This document shows, piece by piece, positions 38,536-48,739 of a DNA stretch of 64,000 nucleotides. The stretch is taken from the NCBI GenBank assembly GCA_002432635.1, contig DJFX01000043.1, positions 90,173 to 154,172 on the forward strand, given 5' to 3'. This DNA comes from Halothiobacillaceae bacterium UBA5861 (GTDB lineage: Bacteria > Pseudomonadota > Gammaproteobacteria > UBA5861). Within the stretch, counting starts at the first letter, position 1, and each line of letters opens with the position of its first letter. The notes below the pieces were generated by a model. The model did not search any database. It saw nothing but the letters and a program-made list of their open reading frames with translations, and was not told where the DNA came from. The position numbers and the translations under genes were made by a program.

Positions 38536-39584
38536 TCTCGAGCCTGGGTCTTTTCTTCTAATTGGCGGTACAAGTTAAAGTAACGGGATGCGATTTTATC
38601 TGGCTGGTAGTCAGCTACCATTGCCAGTCCTTTCTGAGCCAGCGATAAACGCTTCTCCGGTGCGCTGTACAGCTGATATAACGCATCGGCGAGAGCATCA
38701 CTGTCACCTGGCGGTACCAATAAACCATTGACGTCATGGTGCACAATGTCCGGTATGCCGTCGACCTGGCTGGCCACAATCGGTTTTTCAGCTCCCATGG
38801 CATCCAGCAAAGTAGAGCCGAGTCCTTCGTTCAAGGATGGGAAAGCAAAAAGATCGAAAGCTGCAAGATAGTCAGCAACATTGTGTTGGAATCCCAGAAA
38901 CTCAACAGAAGGCAGGTCTTTAGCCATTGCGCGTAATAACGCCTCATCATCTCCTTTTCCGAGAAACAAAAAGTGCATGTCAGGTACTCGTGAGGTGAGT
39001 TTTTTTGCCGCCTCAATCAGATACTGCTGCCCTTTATGGCGTGTGACCAAAGCGCCAATATGGCCAACTAAAAATTTACCCTGGTACCGGTCTTTGATCG
39101 CTTTGACGTGCTTGGGGTTGGCATGGAAGCCTGCTGCCATCGAAGGAATCGTGTCAGGCTTTAATCCCTTGTCATAGGTTTCCAGCACCCGCCGAATCGC
39201 ACTGGACAGCGCAACGACCGCGCAGGCCTGCCGATAAACATTCCGGGTGAAAAAATTGTTTTTAGGGACCTGTGGGACCCGGCGGGTGATTAAATAGGGG
39301 GTGCCGATGAGCAAGTGTGCCAGGAAAGCAAATTGCCCGGCCTTGGCTTCATGGGCATGCAGCAGGCTGGTTTTGTCCAGCTTTTTTATTGTTAACAGAT
39401 AAGGCTTGGATGCGGTGATAAGCTGCAAACCGGGCATGGTGCTTAACCGTTCGCTGAGTGGGCTGCCTGTGCGGACGACAGCCGTTTGATTGACCCCGGC
39501 TCGCTGTAATGCCTGAATCAGCAGCTCAGTTTGTCGCTCTCCACCCCGAAAGCCCTTTGCCAGGTTAACGTGTGTAATGTTCAC
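38532..39584 (-). CDS. Glycosyltransferase family 4 (GT-B, group 1)
   Basis: 350 aa with the EGLGSTLLDAMGAEKPIVAS..DGIPDIV motif (E-x7-E). It overlaps both neighbouring genes by 4 nt. Confidence 0.85.
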   Translation of the reverse strand: MNITHVNLAKGFRGGERQTELLIQALQRAGVNQTAVVRTGSPLSERLSTMPGLQLITASKPYLLTIKKLDKTSLLHAHEAKAGQFAFLAHLLIGTPYLITRRVPQVPKNNFFTRNVYRQACAVVALSSAIRRVLETYDKGLKPDTIPSMAAGFHANPKHVKAIKDRYQGKFLVGHIGALVTRHKGQQYLIEAAKKLTSRVPDMHFLFLGKGDDEALLRAMAKDLPSVEFLGFQHNVADYLAAFDLFAFPSLNEGLGSTLLDAMGAEKPIVASQVDGIPDIVHHDVNGLLVPPGDSDALADALYQLYSAPEKRLSLAQKGLAMVADYQPDKIASRYFNLYRQLEEKTQARE

Positions 39585-40822
39585 CTGCTTGTCGCTGTCT
39601 GTTGTGCTGAAAAGTAGTTATAAAGTAAGGCTAATGTGAGGCTGAGTACGCAGACAAAGAAACTCAAGGAGATACCGCGCTCGAAAATATTATTTGGAAT
39701 CCCGTGAACAATGTAAGCCGCCATTAACAGGCTACCTGCCAGCGCGATGCGTTTGGGTTGCTGATGTGATGAAAACAGGAAAGCCTGGAAGAATACATAA
39801 AAAGGCACCCACAGCAGGCCCAGTAAAACGACAACACCGATGATTCCGCGGCTGACCAGTGTGGCCAGGTATTCATTATGCGGGTGGTCCCAGTTTAGAA
39901 TCCCCTGGCTGGCGAAGCCTTGCTCAACATAAGGTTCTGCGGCCTCCTTGTAACGGCCTAAACCGATACCGGTTAACGGATGTTGCTGGATAATTTGATA
40001 CGATGTTCGCCAGTTCTCAAAGCGCAGGCCGACTGAAGACCAGGTTTTACCTGGTTGATACGTCCCAATGTCTTCAACCGCTTTGTGGATACGTTGGCTG
40101 ACGCCGGTCTGCGGAATCAGATACACGTTAACACACAGGCTGACAAACAATAGCGCCAGCGTGAACTTCAGCGCAGGAGAACCTTTTCTAAAGTAGGGTA
40201 AAACCAGAATCAGAATCAGTACGGGTATGGCAATCCAGGCGCCTCGTGTACCGGTCAACATGCTGGCAAATACACCGCAGACAAATGCTGCAATTGGGAT
40301 AAGAGGCCCCCACTTAAAGCGTTTGAAATAAGAGGTGCCTGCCAGCGACATAAATCCCATAATCAACGTCAGATTGCCAAAATGGATGAAGTTATTGGCG
40401 CCAGTGACACGATCGATATGCAGGACAAAGTGTTGATAAAGCGCTTGCCCCCCTGTGGCAAAACAGCCCATAGCGATGCCCCACCAGAGAGTGCCTTCGC
40501 TGGGTTTACTTTGGCGAACAAGTAGATAAATAGGAATAAAAGCCAAGATACGGGCATGTTTTTCCAGCTTTTTCACGCCGGTATCCGACCAGTCGCCATA
40601 AGCTGTTGCGGCTAAACTGACTAAAAAATAGAGACCCGCAAACCAGAGTATCCATTTTTCCGCTGTGGTTAGCCCTCGCCAGTTTGAATATCTGATTGAC
40701 GCGTAGATACCCATCAACAGCAGCAGCGCCATGATAGTGCTTCCGCCCCGGTCTACCGTGAGGACAAGACTTGGGAGCAGAAACAGTAGGAACTGGGTTG
40801 TGATTGAGAGACTCGTTGGCAC
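39581..40822 (-). CDS. O-antigen ligase (WaaL / Wzy_C) family membrane protein
   Basis: 413 aa, polytopic, with a periplasmic loop carrying GIGLGRY...HPHNEYL, typical of O-antigen ligase family proteins. Confidence 0.8.
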   Translation of the reverse strand: MPTSLSITTQFLLFLLPSLVLTVDRGGSTIMALLLLMGIYASIRYSNWRGLTTAEKWILWFAGLYFLVSLAATAYGDWSDTGVKKLEKHARILAFIPIYLLVRQSKPSEGTLWWGIAMGCFATGGQALYQHFVLHIDRVTGANNFIHFGNLTLIMGFMSLAGTSYFKRFKWGPLIPIAAFVCGVFASMLTGTRGAWIAIPVLILILVLPYFRKGSPALKFTLALLFVSLCVNVYLIPQTGVSQRIHKAVEDIGTYQPGKTWSSVGLRFENWRTSYQIIQQHPLTGIGLGRYKEAAEPYVEQGFASQGILNWDHPHNEYLATLVSRGIIGVVVLLGLLWVPFYVFFQAFLFSSHQQPKRIALAGSLLMAAYIVHGIPNNIFERGISLSFFVCVLSLTLALLYNYFSAQQTATSR

Positions 40823-40856
40823 GTGAAAATCTGTTCTGAAGGTCGTGTCTGACGCG

Positions 40857-41783
40857 TTAGCTGTCCACGCGAGATAGCCACTGTAAGTATTCAGGTTTGC
40901 GACCGTGCACTAAATCAAAAAACAGGCTTTGAAGCTGTGTTGTGATCGGGCCCCGGCCGCCGTTTCCGATGGTACGGTTATCAACTTCGCGAATGGGTGT
41001 GACTTCGGCCGCGGTGCCGGTAAAGAAGACTTCGTCTGCGATATAAACCTCGTCCCGTGTAATGCGCCGCTCAATCACCTTGATGCCCAGGTCATTTGCC
41101 AGTGTGATCAACGTTTGCCGAGTAATGCCGTCCAATGCAGACGTCAGCTCAGGGGTGTAGATGGTACCGTCCCGGACCACGAAAATATTTTCGCCGCTGC
41201 CCTCAGCGACATAGCCATCAACATCCAGTAGCATGGCTTCATCGTAACCGTCGTTCAGGGCTTCCTGTAGCGCGAGCATGGAATTCATGTAACCGCCCAC
41301 AGATTTTGCTTTACACATGGTGATATTGACGTGGTGGCGTGTGTATGAGGAAGTTTTGATCCGAATGCCTTTTTCCAGGTTTTCTGCGCCGAGGTAAGCT
41401 CCCCAGTCCCAAGCAGCAATCATGACGTGAACACTGAGATTATCTGCCCGCAGCCCCATGCCCTCACTGCCATAAAAGATCAGTGGCCGGATGTAGGCCG
41501 ACTCAAGCTGATTCGCAAGTACAACTTTTTTTTGTGCTTCGTTGAGTGTTTCCGCATCAAATTTAACGGGCATTTGTAAGATTTTTGCGGAGTTTAAAAG
41601 CCGTTTGGTGTGTTCTTTTAGTCTGAAGATAGAGGTGCCTTGTTCCGCTTTATAAGCGCGAACACCTTCAAAGGCACCCATGCCATAGTGCAGCGTATGA
41701 GTGAGCACATGGACTTTTGCCTCGCGCCAGGGAACCATCTCTCCGTCCATCCAGATAAGGCCATCTAATTCTGCCATTGACAT
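40857..41783 (-). CDS. ilvE: Branched-chain amino acid aminotransferase
   Basis: 308 aa with LHYG.GAFEGVRAY, EGSGENIF and GITR, the class IV aminotransferase motifs. Confidence 0.93.
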   Translation of the reverse strand: MSMAELDGLIWMDGEMVPWREAKVHVLTHTLHYGMGAFEGVRAYKAEQGTSIFRLKEHTKRLLNSAKILQMPVKFDAETLNEAQKKVVLANQLESAYIRPLIFYGSEGMGLRADNLSVHVMIAAWDWGAYLGAENLEKGIRIKTSSYTRHHVNITMCKAKSVGGYMNSMLALQEALNDGYDEAMLLDVDGYVAEGSGENIFVVRDGTIYTPELTSALDGITRQTLITLANDLGIKVIERRITRDEVYIADEVFFTGTAAEVTPIREVDNRTIGNGGRGPITTQLQSLFFDLVHGRKPEYLQWLSRVDS

Positions 41784-41807
41784 TGGCTATCCTCCGCTAA
41801 ATATTTG

Positions 41808-44714
41808 CTAATGTTGATTACTCGGACTCATCAGGGACTGCCAGATGGTGCTGACCTGGTCGCGGAAACGGGATAATTCGGTGTCCATTTCGACGATTGA
41901 GGGCTTTTCTTCCAGCGCCAGTTGATGCAATCGGTTGCGGTAAAAGAGGTAAGCCGTTTTCAGCAGGCCGGCGTCGCCTTCTTTCATCACACCACTGTTT
42001 TGCAGTGCGTCGAGTAAACGGTAATTATCCGTATATTCTAACAGCGCCGGGTATCTGTTTCCCCACACAAGAACCGCGTATTGAACCATAAACTCAATAT
42101 CGACGATACCTCCTTTGTCTTGTTTTATGTGGAATCCCTTGTCTTTGTGGCTTCCCAAAGCCTTACGCATTTTTTCCCGCATACTAATCACGTCCTTGAG
42201 CAGAGCATCCGACTCCCGTTTTTTTTGGAGAGCGCGGTTGCGAATGGTCTGGAATTTTTCTTCAAAATTTTTACTGCCAACGACGACCCGTGCGCGGACC
42301 AGCGCCTGGTGCTCCCATGTCCATGCTTTGTCTTGCTGATAGTGTTCGAAAGCAGTGAGGCTACTGACCAGCAAGCCGGACGCCCCATTAGGGCGTAGCC
42401 GTGTATCAATATCATAAAGCTTGCCGGCAGCGGTTAAGGTTGTCAGAAAGTGCACGATTTTTTGCGTGAGTTTTATAAAAAATTGTGTGTTTGGAATGGG
42501 CGTCGGTCCATCTGTTGTAGCGCTTTGGCTGTTATTGTCATGCAGGAAAACAAGGTCCAGGTCTGATCCGTATCCCAACTCGATGCCACCGAGTTTACCG
42601 TAGGCGATCACGGCAAGCTCGGCGTGTTGCGCGCCTCCTTCACCGCTATGAGTTGGTGTACCATGGGCTTCGGTCAGTTGAGTCAGTACTTGCTCATAAG
42701 CGGCTCCAATCACGGCTTCAGCCAGCCATGTCAGTTGGTCGCTCACGTTCATCAGGGGCAGTTTCTGTTCAATGTCCAGGCAGACGATACGGCAAATATG
42801 TGCTTGTCTGAAGCGCCGCAAGGCGTCCATTTGTTCGCCCAGGTCTTCCCCGTGAAGGCTAAGTGCCTGCCGGGCTTCATGGAGCAAATCGGCCTTGGAC
42901 GGTAAATTGAGTGAGAGTCGCTCATCAATCAACTCATCGATAACAATGGGGTGCTGAATGATGAACTCAGCGACCCACGCACTGGCGCCGAAAAGCCGCA
43001 CGAGGCGGTCCAAGGCATGGGGTTGTTCAAAGAGCAGGGAAAGGTAGACGCTTCGACCCGCGGTATGCTCAAGAAAAGGCAGTAAGCGGCCAAGTGTTTC
43101 ATCAGGATTGTTCAATTGTGTGAGCGCTTGGAGTAGCCGTGGCATCAATGTATCCAGGCGCTTTTGTGCTGTGTGGCTCAGGTGGGCTCTTTCGATAGAG
43201 CGCTTGAAGGCTCTTAATCGGTCACAGGTTTCGGGCTGCTGAAAGCCGGCTTCTAGTACGGCACTTTCAAAGCTTTCCGAGTGGGCATCGCTGGCCCACA
43301 CCGAGAGCCAGAGTTCAGAGGTGGCTGAGTCACCGGGTTCGTCGGCATGGAAAACAGCGTCAAATTGTGTTTGTACGACCTGGCGATGCTTTGAGAGTGT
43401 CTCGTAAAAGGTCTTCCAATCGGGATAGCCCATGCTATAAGCCAAACGCATTTGCTCGATTTTATCGGCGGGCAGGTCATGGGTTTGTTGGTCATCCACC
43501 ATTTGCAAGCGGTTTTCTGCGCGCCGGAGGAAGTCGTAAGCGGCGATTAATTTTGCGCTGTCATCGGGGTGGATATGTCCGGATTCAGCCAGCCTGTTAA
43601 GTGTGGTGATGATACTGCGTGATTGCAGTTGCGGTTCATGTCCACCGCGCACGAGTTGAAAAGCCTGGCCGATAAACTCAATTTCACGGATGCCGCCAGG
43701 ACCCAGTTTGATGTTGTCTTGTAAGCCCTTGCGTTTGACTTCTGTGCTGATCATGCGCTTGAGTTCGCGCAGGGCATCAAAAGCGCCATAGTCAAGATAC
43801 CGCCGATAAATAAAGGGCTTCAGGTTCTTGAGAAGTTCGTCGCTTTGAGCACTCTGGCCGGCTACCACACGGGCCTTGATCATGGCGTAGCGTTCCCATT
43901 CCCGCCCATGGAGCAAGTAGTAATCCTCAATGGCCGGGAAACTTGCGGCCAGTGCGCCAGAGTCGCCAAAGGGACGCAACCGCATATCCACCCGGTAGAC
44001 AAAGCCGTCTGCCGTGGTTTCGTTCAGTAGTTTGATGAGCTGTTGGCCCACACGGATAAAAAACTGTTGGTTATCCAGGCTGGTTTTGCCGTCTGTCTGG
44101 CCGCGTTCGGGGAAGGCGAATATCAGGTCAATATCCGAAGAAAAATTCAGTTCGTGTCCACCGAGCTTGCCCATGCCAATCACGCTCATCTCTTGTGCTT
44201 TACCGGCAGCACTGCGTGGAACACCATAGCGGTCAGATAGTGTGGTCTGAGCTTGGGCCAGGGCGGCCTGTATACAGCTTTCAGCCAAGTGGGTGAGGTC
44301 GCGCAGTGTTTCTTCTGTCTCTGCCCAGCCTGCCAGGTCGCGCCAAGCGATTCTGATCATTTCTCGATGCCTGAAGTGGCGGAGTTGGCGCATAAACGTG
44401 CCATCGTCACTTGTGGAAGTGAGCGCAGCCTGCGCGTTTTTGCTGTATTGCCCCGCTGAATAAGGCGATAACAAGTCCCCACTGTTGAGGAGCGATACGA
44501 GCAGGTCCGGTTGTGCTGCGCAGTGTTTGGCAATAAAAGGACTGGCCGAAAAAATAGCATCCAGGTGCCGCGAGAGAGCTTGCGGGTTCGGGGCTTCAAT
44601 CAGCCCGTCTCTGAGATGGGGTAAGACGTTATCTAGGGCATGCTCGGAGTGTTGCATAAGCGCCGGCGGAGGAGGTATCGGCAGGGGGAGTTCAGGAAGT
44701 TGCGTTAATGTCAT
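41808..44714 (-). CDS. glnE: Bifunctional glutamine synthetase adenylyltransferase / adenylyl-removing enzyme
   Basis: 968 aa with two nucleotidyltransferase modules (GKLGG.ELN.SSDIDLIF and GKLGGIELGYGSDLDLVF). Confidence 0.95.
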   Translation of the reverse strand: MTLTQLPELPLPIPPPPALMQHSEHALDNVLPHLRDGLIEAPNPQALSRHLDAIFSASPFIAKHCAAQPDLLVSLLNSGDLLSPYSAGQYSKNAQAALTSTSDDGTFMRQLRHFRHREMIRIAWRDLAGWAETEETLRDLTHLAESCIQAALAQAQTTLSDRYGVPRSAAGKAQEMSVIGMGKLGGHELNFSSDIDLIFAFPERGQTDGKTSLDNQQFFIRVGQQLIKLLNETTADGFVYRVDMRLRPFGDSGALAASFPAIEDYYLLHGREWERYAMIKARVVAGQSAQSDELLKNLKPFIYRRYLDYGAFDALRELKRMISTEVKRKGLQDNIKLGPGGIREIEFIGQAFQLVRGGHEPQLQSRSIITTLNRLAESGHIHPDDSAKLIAAYDFLRRAENRLQMVDDQQTHDLPADKIEQMRLAYSMGYPDWKTFYETLSKHRQVVQTQFDAVFHADEPGDSATSELWLSVWASDAHSESFESAVLEAGFQQPETCDRLRAFKRSIERAHLSHTAQKRLDTLMPRLLQALTQLNNPDETLGRLLPFLEHTAGRSVYLSLLFEQPHALDRLVRLFGASAWVAEFIIQHPIVIDELIDERLSLNLPSKADLLHEARQALSLHGEDLGEQMDALRRFRQAHICRIVCLDIEQKLPLMNVSDQLTWLAEAVIGAAYEQVLTQLTEAHGTPTHSGEGGAQHAELAVIAYGKLGGIELGYGSDLDLVFLHDNNSQSATTDGPTPIPNTQFFIKLTQKIVHFLTTLTAAGKLYDIDTRLRPNGASGLLVSSLTAFEHYQQDKAWTWEHQALVRARVVVGSKNFEEKFQTIRNRALQKKRESDALLKDVISMREKMRKALGSHKDKGFHIKQDKGGIVDIEFMVQYAVLVWGNRYPALLEYTDNYRLLDALQNSGVMKEGDAGLLKTAYLFYRNRLHQLALEEKPSIVEMDTELSRFRDQVSTIWQSLMSPSNQH

Positions 44715-44748
44715 CTGATCAGCACATATATTTATTGAAAGTGTTTTT

Positions 44749-44767
44749 GATAACCATTATCATTTGC
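44749..44767. promoter_or_regulatory. Candidate Fur box upstream of the Fe(3+) ABC transporter operon
   Basis: GATAACCATTATCATTTGC matches 14/19 positions of GATAATGATAATCATTATC. It lies 38 nt upstream of the fbpA-like start. Confidence 0.5.
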
Positions 44768-44804
44768 ATAAAGGTTTTGTGGTGTTTCTTCTTAAATTTA
44801 AGGT

Positions 44805-45836
44805 GTGAAAATGAAAATTTTAAAATCAATTGTGATTGCTACGGTTGTTTTGCTCTTCTCCGTACCTGCATGGTCGGCTGAAGAGGTCAATGTTTATTCT
44901 GCTCGAAAGGAAAATTTGATTAAACCATTACTTGATCAGTTTAGCCAAAGTACAGGGATACGCGTTAATTTGATTACCGCCGGCGCAGATGAGCTCATCA
45001 AGCGTTTGCAAACCGAGGGGCGGAATTCACCGGCAGACATCTTGTTAACCGTGGACGCTGGCCGCTTGCACGCCGCAGAGGCAGCGGGTTTGTTGCAAAC
45101 CGTGGAAAGTGACATTCTTAACCAGGCCATTCCTGCTCATTTTCGTGATTTAGATAACCATTGGTTCGGTCTTTCTTTACGCTCACGTGTCATTGTTTAC
45201 AGTAAAGATCGTGTTTCAAGAAGCGAACTTTCCACTTATGAGGACTTGGCGGATGAGAAGTGGAAAGGCCGTATTTGTATTCGGTCCTCAGGCAATATTT
45301 ATAATCAGTCGCTACTAGCCTCTTTGATTGCCCACCATGGTGTAGAGAAAGCAGAAGCCTGGGCTAAAGCTGTAGTGGTCAACATGGCCAGATCACCCAA
45401 GGGTAATGATCGCGCACAGGTCAAAGCCGTGGCAGTGGGTGAGTGTGATATTGCGGTGGTTAATACCTACTATATTGGCATGATGCAGACATCAACAAAG
45501 AATGATGGTCAGAAGGAAGCGGTTGCAAAAGTCGCAGTATTTTACCCGAACCAGGATGATCGGGGCGCCCATATGAATGTCAGTGGAGCGGGTGTCGTGA
45601 CGCATTCAAAAAACCGAGATAATGCCGTTAAACTGTTAGAGTTTCTTGTGCAGGATGAATCCCAGCGCTGGTATGCTGAGAAGAACTTTGAATACCCTGT
45701 GAAAGCCGGTGTGGCGCCGAGTGACACCGTTAAGTCCTGGGGTTATCCGTTTAAGCAGGATTCGCTCGATATCACAATGTTAGGGATTCATAATGCAGAG
45801 GCGGTCAAGGTGTTCGACCGGGCGGGCTGGAAATAA
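44805..45836 (+). CDS. fbpA: Fe(3+) ABC transporter periplasmic substrate-binding protein (FbpA/AfuA type)
   Basis: 343 aa with a signal peptide, VNVYSARKE.LI.PL and the YYIGMM Tyr-containing motifs. Confidence 0.88.
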   Translation: MKMKILKSIVIATVVLLFSVPAWSAEEVNVYSARKENLIKPLLDQFSQSTGIRVNLITAGADELIKRLQTEGRNSPADILLTVDAGRLHAAEAAGLLQTVESDILNQAIPAHFRDLDNHWFGLSLRSRVIVYSKDRVSRSELSTYEDLADEKWKGRICIRSSGNIYNQSLLASLIAHHGVEKAEAWAKAVVVNMARSPKGNDRAQVKAVAVGECDIAVVNTYYIGMMQTSTKNDGQKEAVAKVAVFYPNQDDRGAHMNVSGAGVVTHSKNRDNAVKLLEFLVQDESQRWYAEKNFEYPVKAGVAPSDTVKSWGYPFKQDSLDITMLGIHNAEAVKVFDRAGWK

Positions 45837-45903
45837 GCCTCCAGTGGCGGCCAGCCGTGATTTTCTTCAAGGCTGTTTTTAGAGGTGTTGAAAAAACAAT
45901 AAC

Positions 45904-47619
45904 GTGAATTATCTTGTTCACAATGTTAGGCACCGGATGAGGGGCGTTGCCGTACGCGGCTATGCCCCTTTTCGGTTGTTATCGTCTTCCAGTTGGCTGC
46001 TTTGTGCGGTGTTATGCGCCGGGATCATTGCGGTTCCGGTCGCGACCATTGCCGTTTATGTCTTTGTGCCGGCAGGCCCTGTGTGGTCTCACTTGGTTGA
46101 TACGGTATTGGCGGACTATGTTATTAATTCGCTGGCATTGATGGTTGGCGTGACTTTAGGTGCGGGTGTCATTGGTGTGTCCACGGCGTGGATAACAGCC
46201 ATGTATACGTTCCCAGGGCGTCGCTTGTTTGAATGGGCGCTTTTATTACCCTTAGCGATTCCGACATATATTATTGCGTATATTTATACTGATTTATTAG
46301 AGGTTGCGGGGCCTGTTCAGCAGGGTATCCGCTCATTATTTAATCTCCAATATGGTGAATATTATTTCCCAGATGTGCGGTCCCTCGGTGGGGCCATCCT
46401 GGTTTTCTCGCTGGTGCTGTATCCTTATGTGTACTTGACGTCCCGCGCGGCTTTTCTTTCTCAATCCATTTGTGTGCTGGAGGTGAGCCGTACGCTGGGG
46501 TGTTCCCCCTTTCGCAGCTTTTTCTCTGTTGCCCTTCCCCTGGCTCGGCCTGCGATCATGGTAGGGCTATCGCTGACCTTAATGGAAACCCTGGCAGATT
46601 TCGGGGCTGTTGACTACTTTGGTGTGAGTACCTTCACCACCGGGATTTATCGCACCTGGTTCGGTCTCAATAATGATGCAGCGGCGGCGCAACTTGCCGC
46701 AGTCATGATGTTGTTTATTTTCGCCTTATTGTTACTTGAACGTTGGTCGCGTTTTAAAGCAAAGTTTCACCATGCGAGCGGACGATATCAATCGATACCG
46801 GAGTTGCATTTAAAAGGTGGTAAAGGGTTATTAGCCTTGTTGGTCTGTAGTTTACCGTTGGGGCTTGGCTTTCTGTTACCGTTTGTGCAATTGTGCCGCT
46901 GGGCTGTATCAACATGGCGGGAAATGGTCGATAGTGCCTTTTTGAGCCTGGTGACAAACTCTCTCATGTTAGCGGCTGTTACAGCATTGGTTGCACTTGT
47001 CCCTGCGTTGTTACTTGCGTATGCGCAACGATTGTATCCGGTTCGGACTTTGCGGTTTGCAGCACGTTTTGCGGGGATGGGGTATGCGATTCCAGGCTCA
47101 GTGATTGCTGTGGGTGTTTTGATTCCTTTCGGGATGCTGGATAACTTTGTGGATGGCGTGGTACAAAGCCGCTTTGGGTTTTCAACCGGGCTGATCTTCA
47201 GTGGCACCGTGTTTATTTTGATCTTTGCTTATACTGTGCGCTTCCTGGCGGTATCTTTACAGTCGGTAGAATCGGGGCTTGGCGGTATTCATGCTTCAAT
47301 GGATCAAGCGGCTTTATCGATGGGTAAAGCGCCTTTGGGAGTGTTAAAAGCTGTGCACCTGCCGATGATGAAGGGAACACTGCTGACGGCTGTTCTGTTG
47401 GTGTTTGTAGATGTTTTAAAGGAGCTCCCAGCAACCATGATTCTCAGGCCGTTTAATTTTAATACGCTGGCGGTGAGAGTGCATGAGCTTGCTTCAGATG
47501 AGCGTCTTGCCGATTCCTCCACCGCCGCGATTGCGATTGTGCTGGTGGGTCTTGTTCCCGTGATCATGCTCAGTAAAACGATTGCCCGTTCCAGGCCTGG
47601 ACAACATGAACCAACTTGA
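45904..47619 (+). CDS. fbpB: Fe(3+) ABC transporter permease (fused double-domain, FbpB type)
   Basis: 571 aa with about 12 TM segments and two EAA-like loops (METLADFGAV, VLKELPAT). Confidence 0.88.
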   Translation: MNYLVHNVRHRMRGVAVRGYAPFRLLSSSSWLLCAVLCAGIIAVPVATIAVYVFVPAGPVWSHLVDTVLADYVINSLALMVGVTLGAGVIGVSTAWITAMYTFPGRRLFEWALLLPLAIPTYIIAYIYTDLLEVAGPVQQGIRSLFNLQYGEYYFPDVRSLGGAILVFSLVLYPYVYLTSRAAFLSQSICVLEVSRTLGCSPFRSFFSVALPLARPAIMVGLSLTLMETLADFGAVDYFGVSTFTTGIYRTWFGLNNDAAAAQLAAVMMLFIFALLLLERWSRFKAKFHHASGRYQSIPELHLKGGKGLLALLVCSLPLGLGFLLPFVQLCRWAVSTWREMVDSAFLSLVTNSLMLAAVTALVALVPALLLAYAQRLYPVRTLRFAARFAGMGYAIPGSVIAVGVLIPFGMLDNFVDGVVQSRFGFSTGLIFSGTVFILIFAYTVRFLAVSLQSVESGLGGIHASMDQAALSMGKAPLGVLKAVHLPMMKGTLLTAVLLVFVDVLKELPATMILRPFNFNTLAVRVHELASDERLADSSTAAIAIVLVGLVPVIMLSKTIARSRPGQHEPT

Positions 47620-48649
47620 ACTCAGAGGCATTACGCTGCAGCAAAGCGGCAAAACGATCGTCAAAGACGTGAACTTGTCACTGGAAGCCGGGGAAATCGG
47701 CTGCCTGTTAGGCCCAAGTGGATGCGGTAAAACGACACTTCTAAAGTGCATAGCAGGCTTTTTGTCACAGCAGTCGGGGGAAGTCGTCATACGAAACCAA
47801 GTTATTCGACGTGGGCATAGATTTCCGCCAGAAAAAAGGCAGGTAGGCATGGTGTTTCAGGATTTAGCCTTGTTTCCGCATTTATCGGTGTCGGATAACA
47901 TTGGGTTTGGGCTGCGGTCCCTGTCGAAGCTGAAGCGTACCTATCGCATTGAACAGCTATTGAGGTTGGTCGGTATGTCTAAGTATAAGCATGCCTTTCC
48001 GCACGAACTTTCCGGCGGCGAGCAGCAGCGAATTGCCCTGATCCGGGCGATGGCGCCTTCCCCCGCCTTATTGTTGATGGATGAGCCTTTTAGCAGCCAG
48101 GATACGGATCGCCGAGAGCGGCTTTCCATGGAAGTGCGTGATGTCCTCAAGAAAGAAGGCATGACGGCATTACTGGTTACACATGATCAGGCTGAGGCTT
48201 TTGCTATATCCGATAAGATGGGTTTGCTGGCGCAGGGCATATTGCATCAGTGGGGCTTAAGCTATGACTTGTACCATGAGCCCCACTCGCCTTTTGTTGC
48301 CAATTTTATTGGTAAAGGGGTGTTATTGCGCGGCCGGGTCGTCAATGAACGGACCTTACAAACCCCTTTGGGGTATGTCAGTGGCGAATTCTCCCGGCAG
48401 TATTCCGCCGGTTTTAACGTGCGCCTCTTAGTGCGGCCTGATGATATCATCCATGATGATGAGGCGGCTAAAACGGCTAAGGTCGTCAAAAAAACATTCC
48501 AGGGGGCCACTTTTCTGTACACGCTGGTGCTTCCAGGAGGAGATCAAGTCTTGTGCTTGGCATCAAGCCATCATGATCACGAAGTGGGTGAAGAGATCGG
48601 TGTGCGCTTGGAAATGGACCATTTAGTGGTTTTTGATGCCGACGGCTAA
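47606..48649 (+). CDS. fbpC: Fe(3+) ABC transporter ATP-binding protein (FbpC type)
   Basis: Walker A GPSGCGKTT, signature LSGGEQQR and Walker B LLLMDEP. I prefer the ATG at 47606 (MNQLELRG), which overlaps the end of fbpB by 14 nt. Confidence 0.9.
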   Translation: MNQLELRGITLQQSGKTIVKDVNLSLEAGEIGCLLGPSGCGKTTLLKCIAGFLSQQSGEVVIRNQVIRRGHRFPPEKRQVGMVFQDLALFPHLSVSDNIGFGLRSLSKLKRTYRIEQLLRLVGMSKYKHAFPHELSGGEQQRIALIRAMAPSPALLLMDEPFSSQDTDRRERLSMEVRDVLKKEGMTALLVTHDQAEAFAISDKMGLLAQGILHQWGLSYDLYHEPHSPFVANFIGKGVLLRGRVVNERTLQTPLGYVSGEFSRQYSAGFNVRLLVRPDDIIHDDEAAKTAKVVKKTFQGATFLYTLVLPGGDQVLCLASSHHDHEVGEEIGVRLEMDHLVVFDADG

Positions 48650-48739
48650 GCAAAAAGCATCGTGTTAGCATCACTTCTCTGTGATGCAGCAATCATGCAA
48701 AATTAATCACCTAATTATTTCTAAAGTAGATAAAATGTT

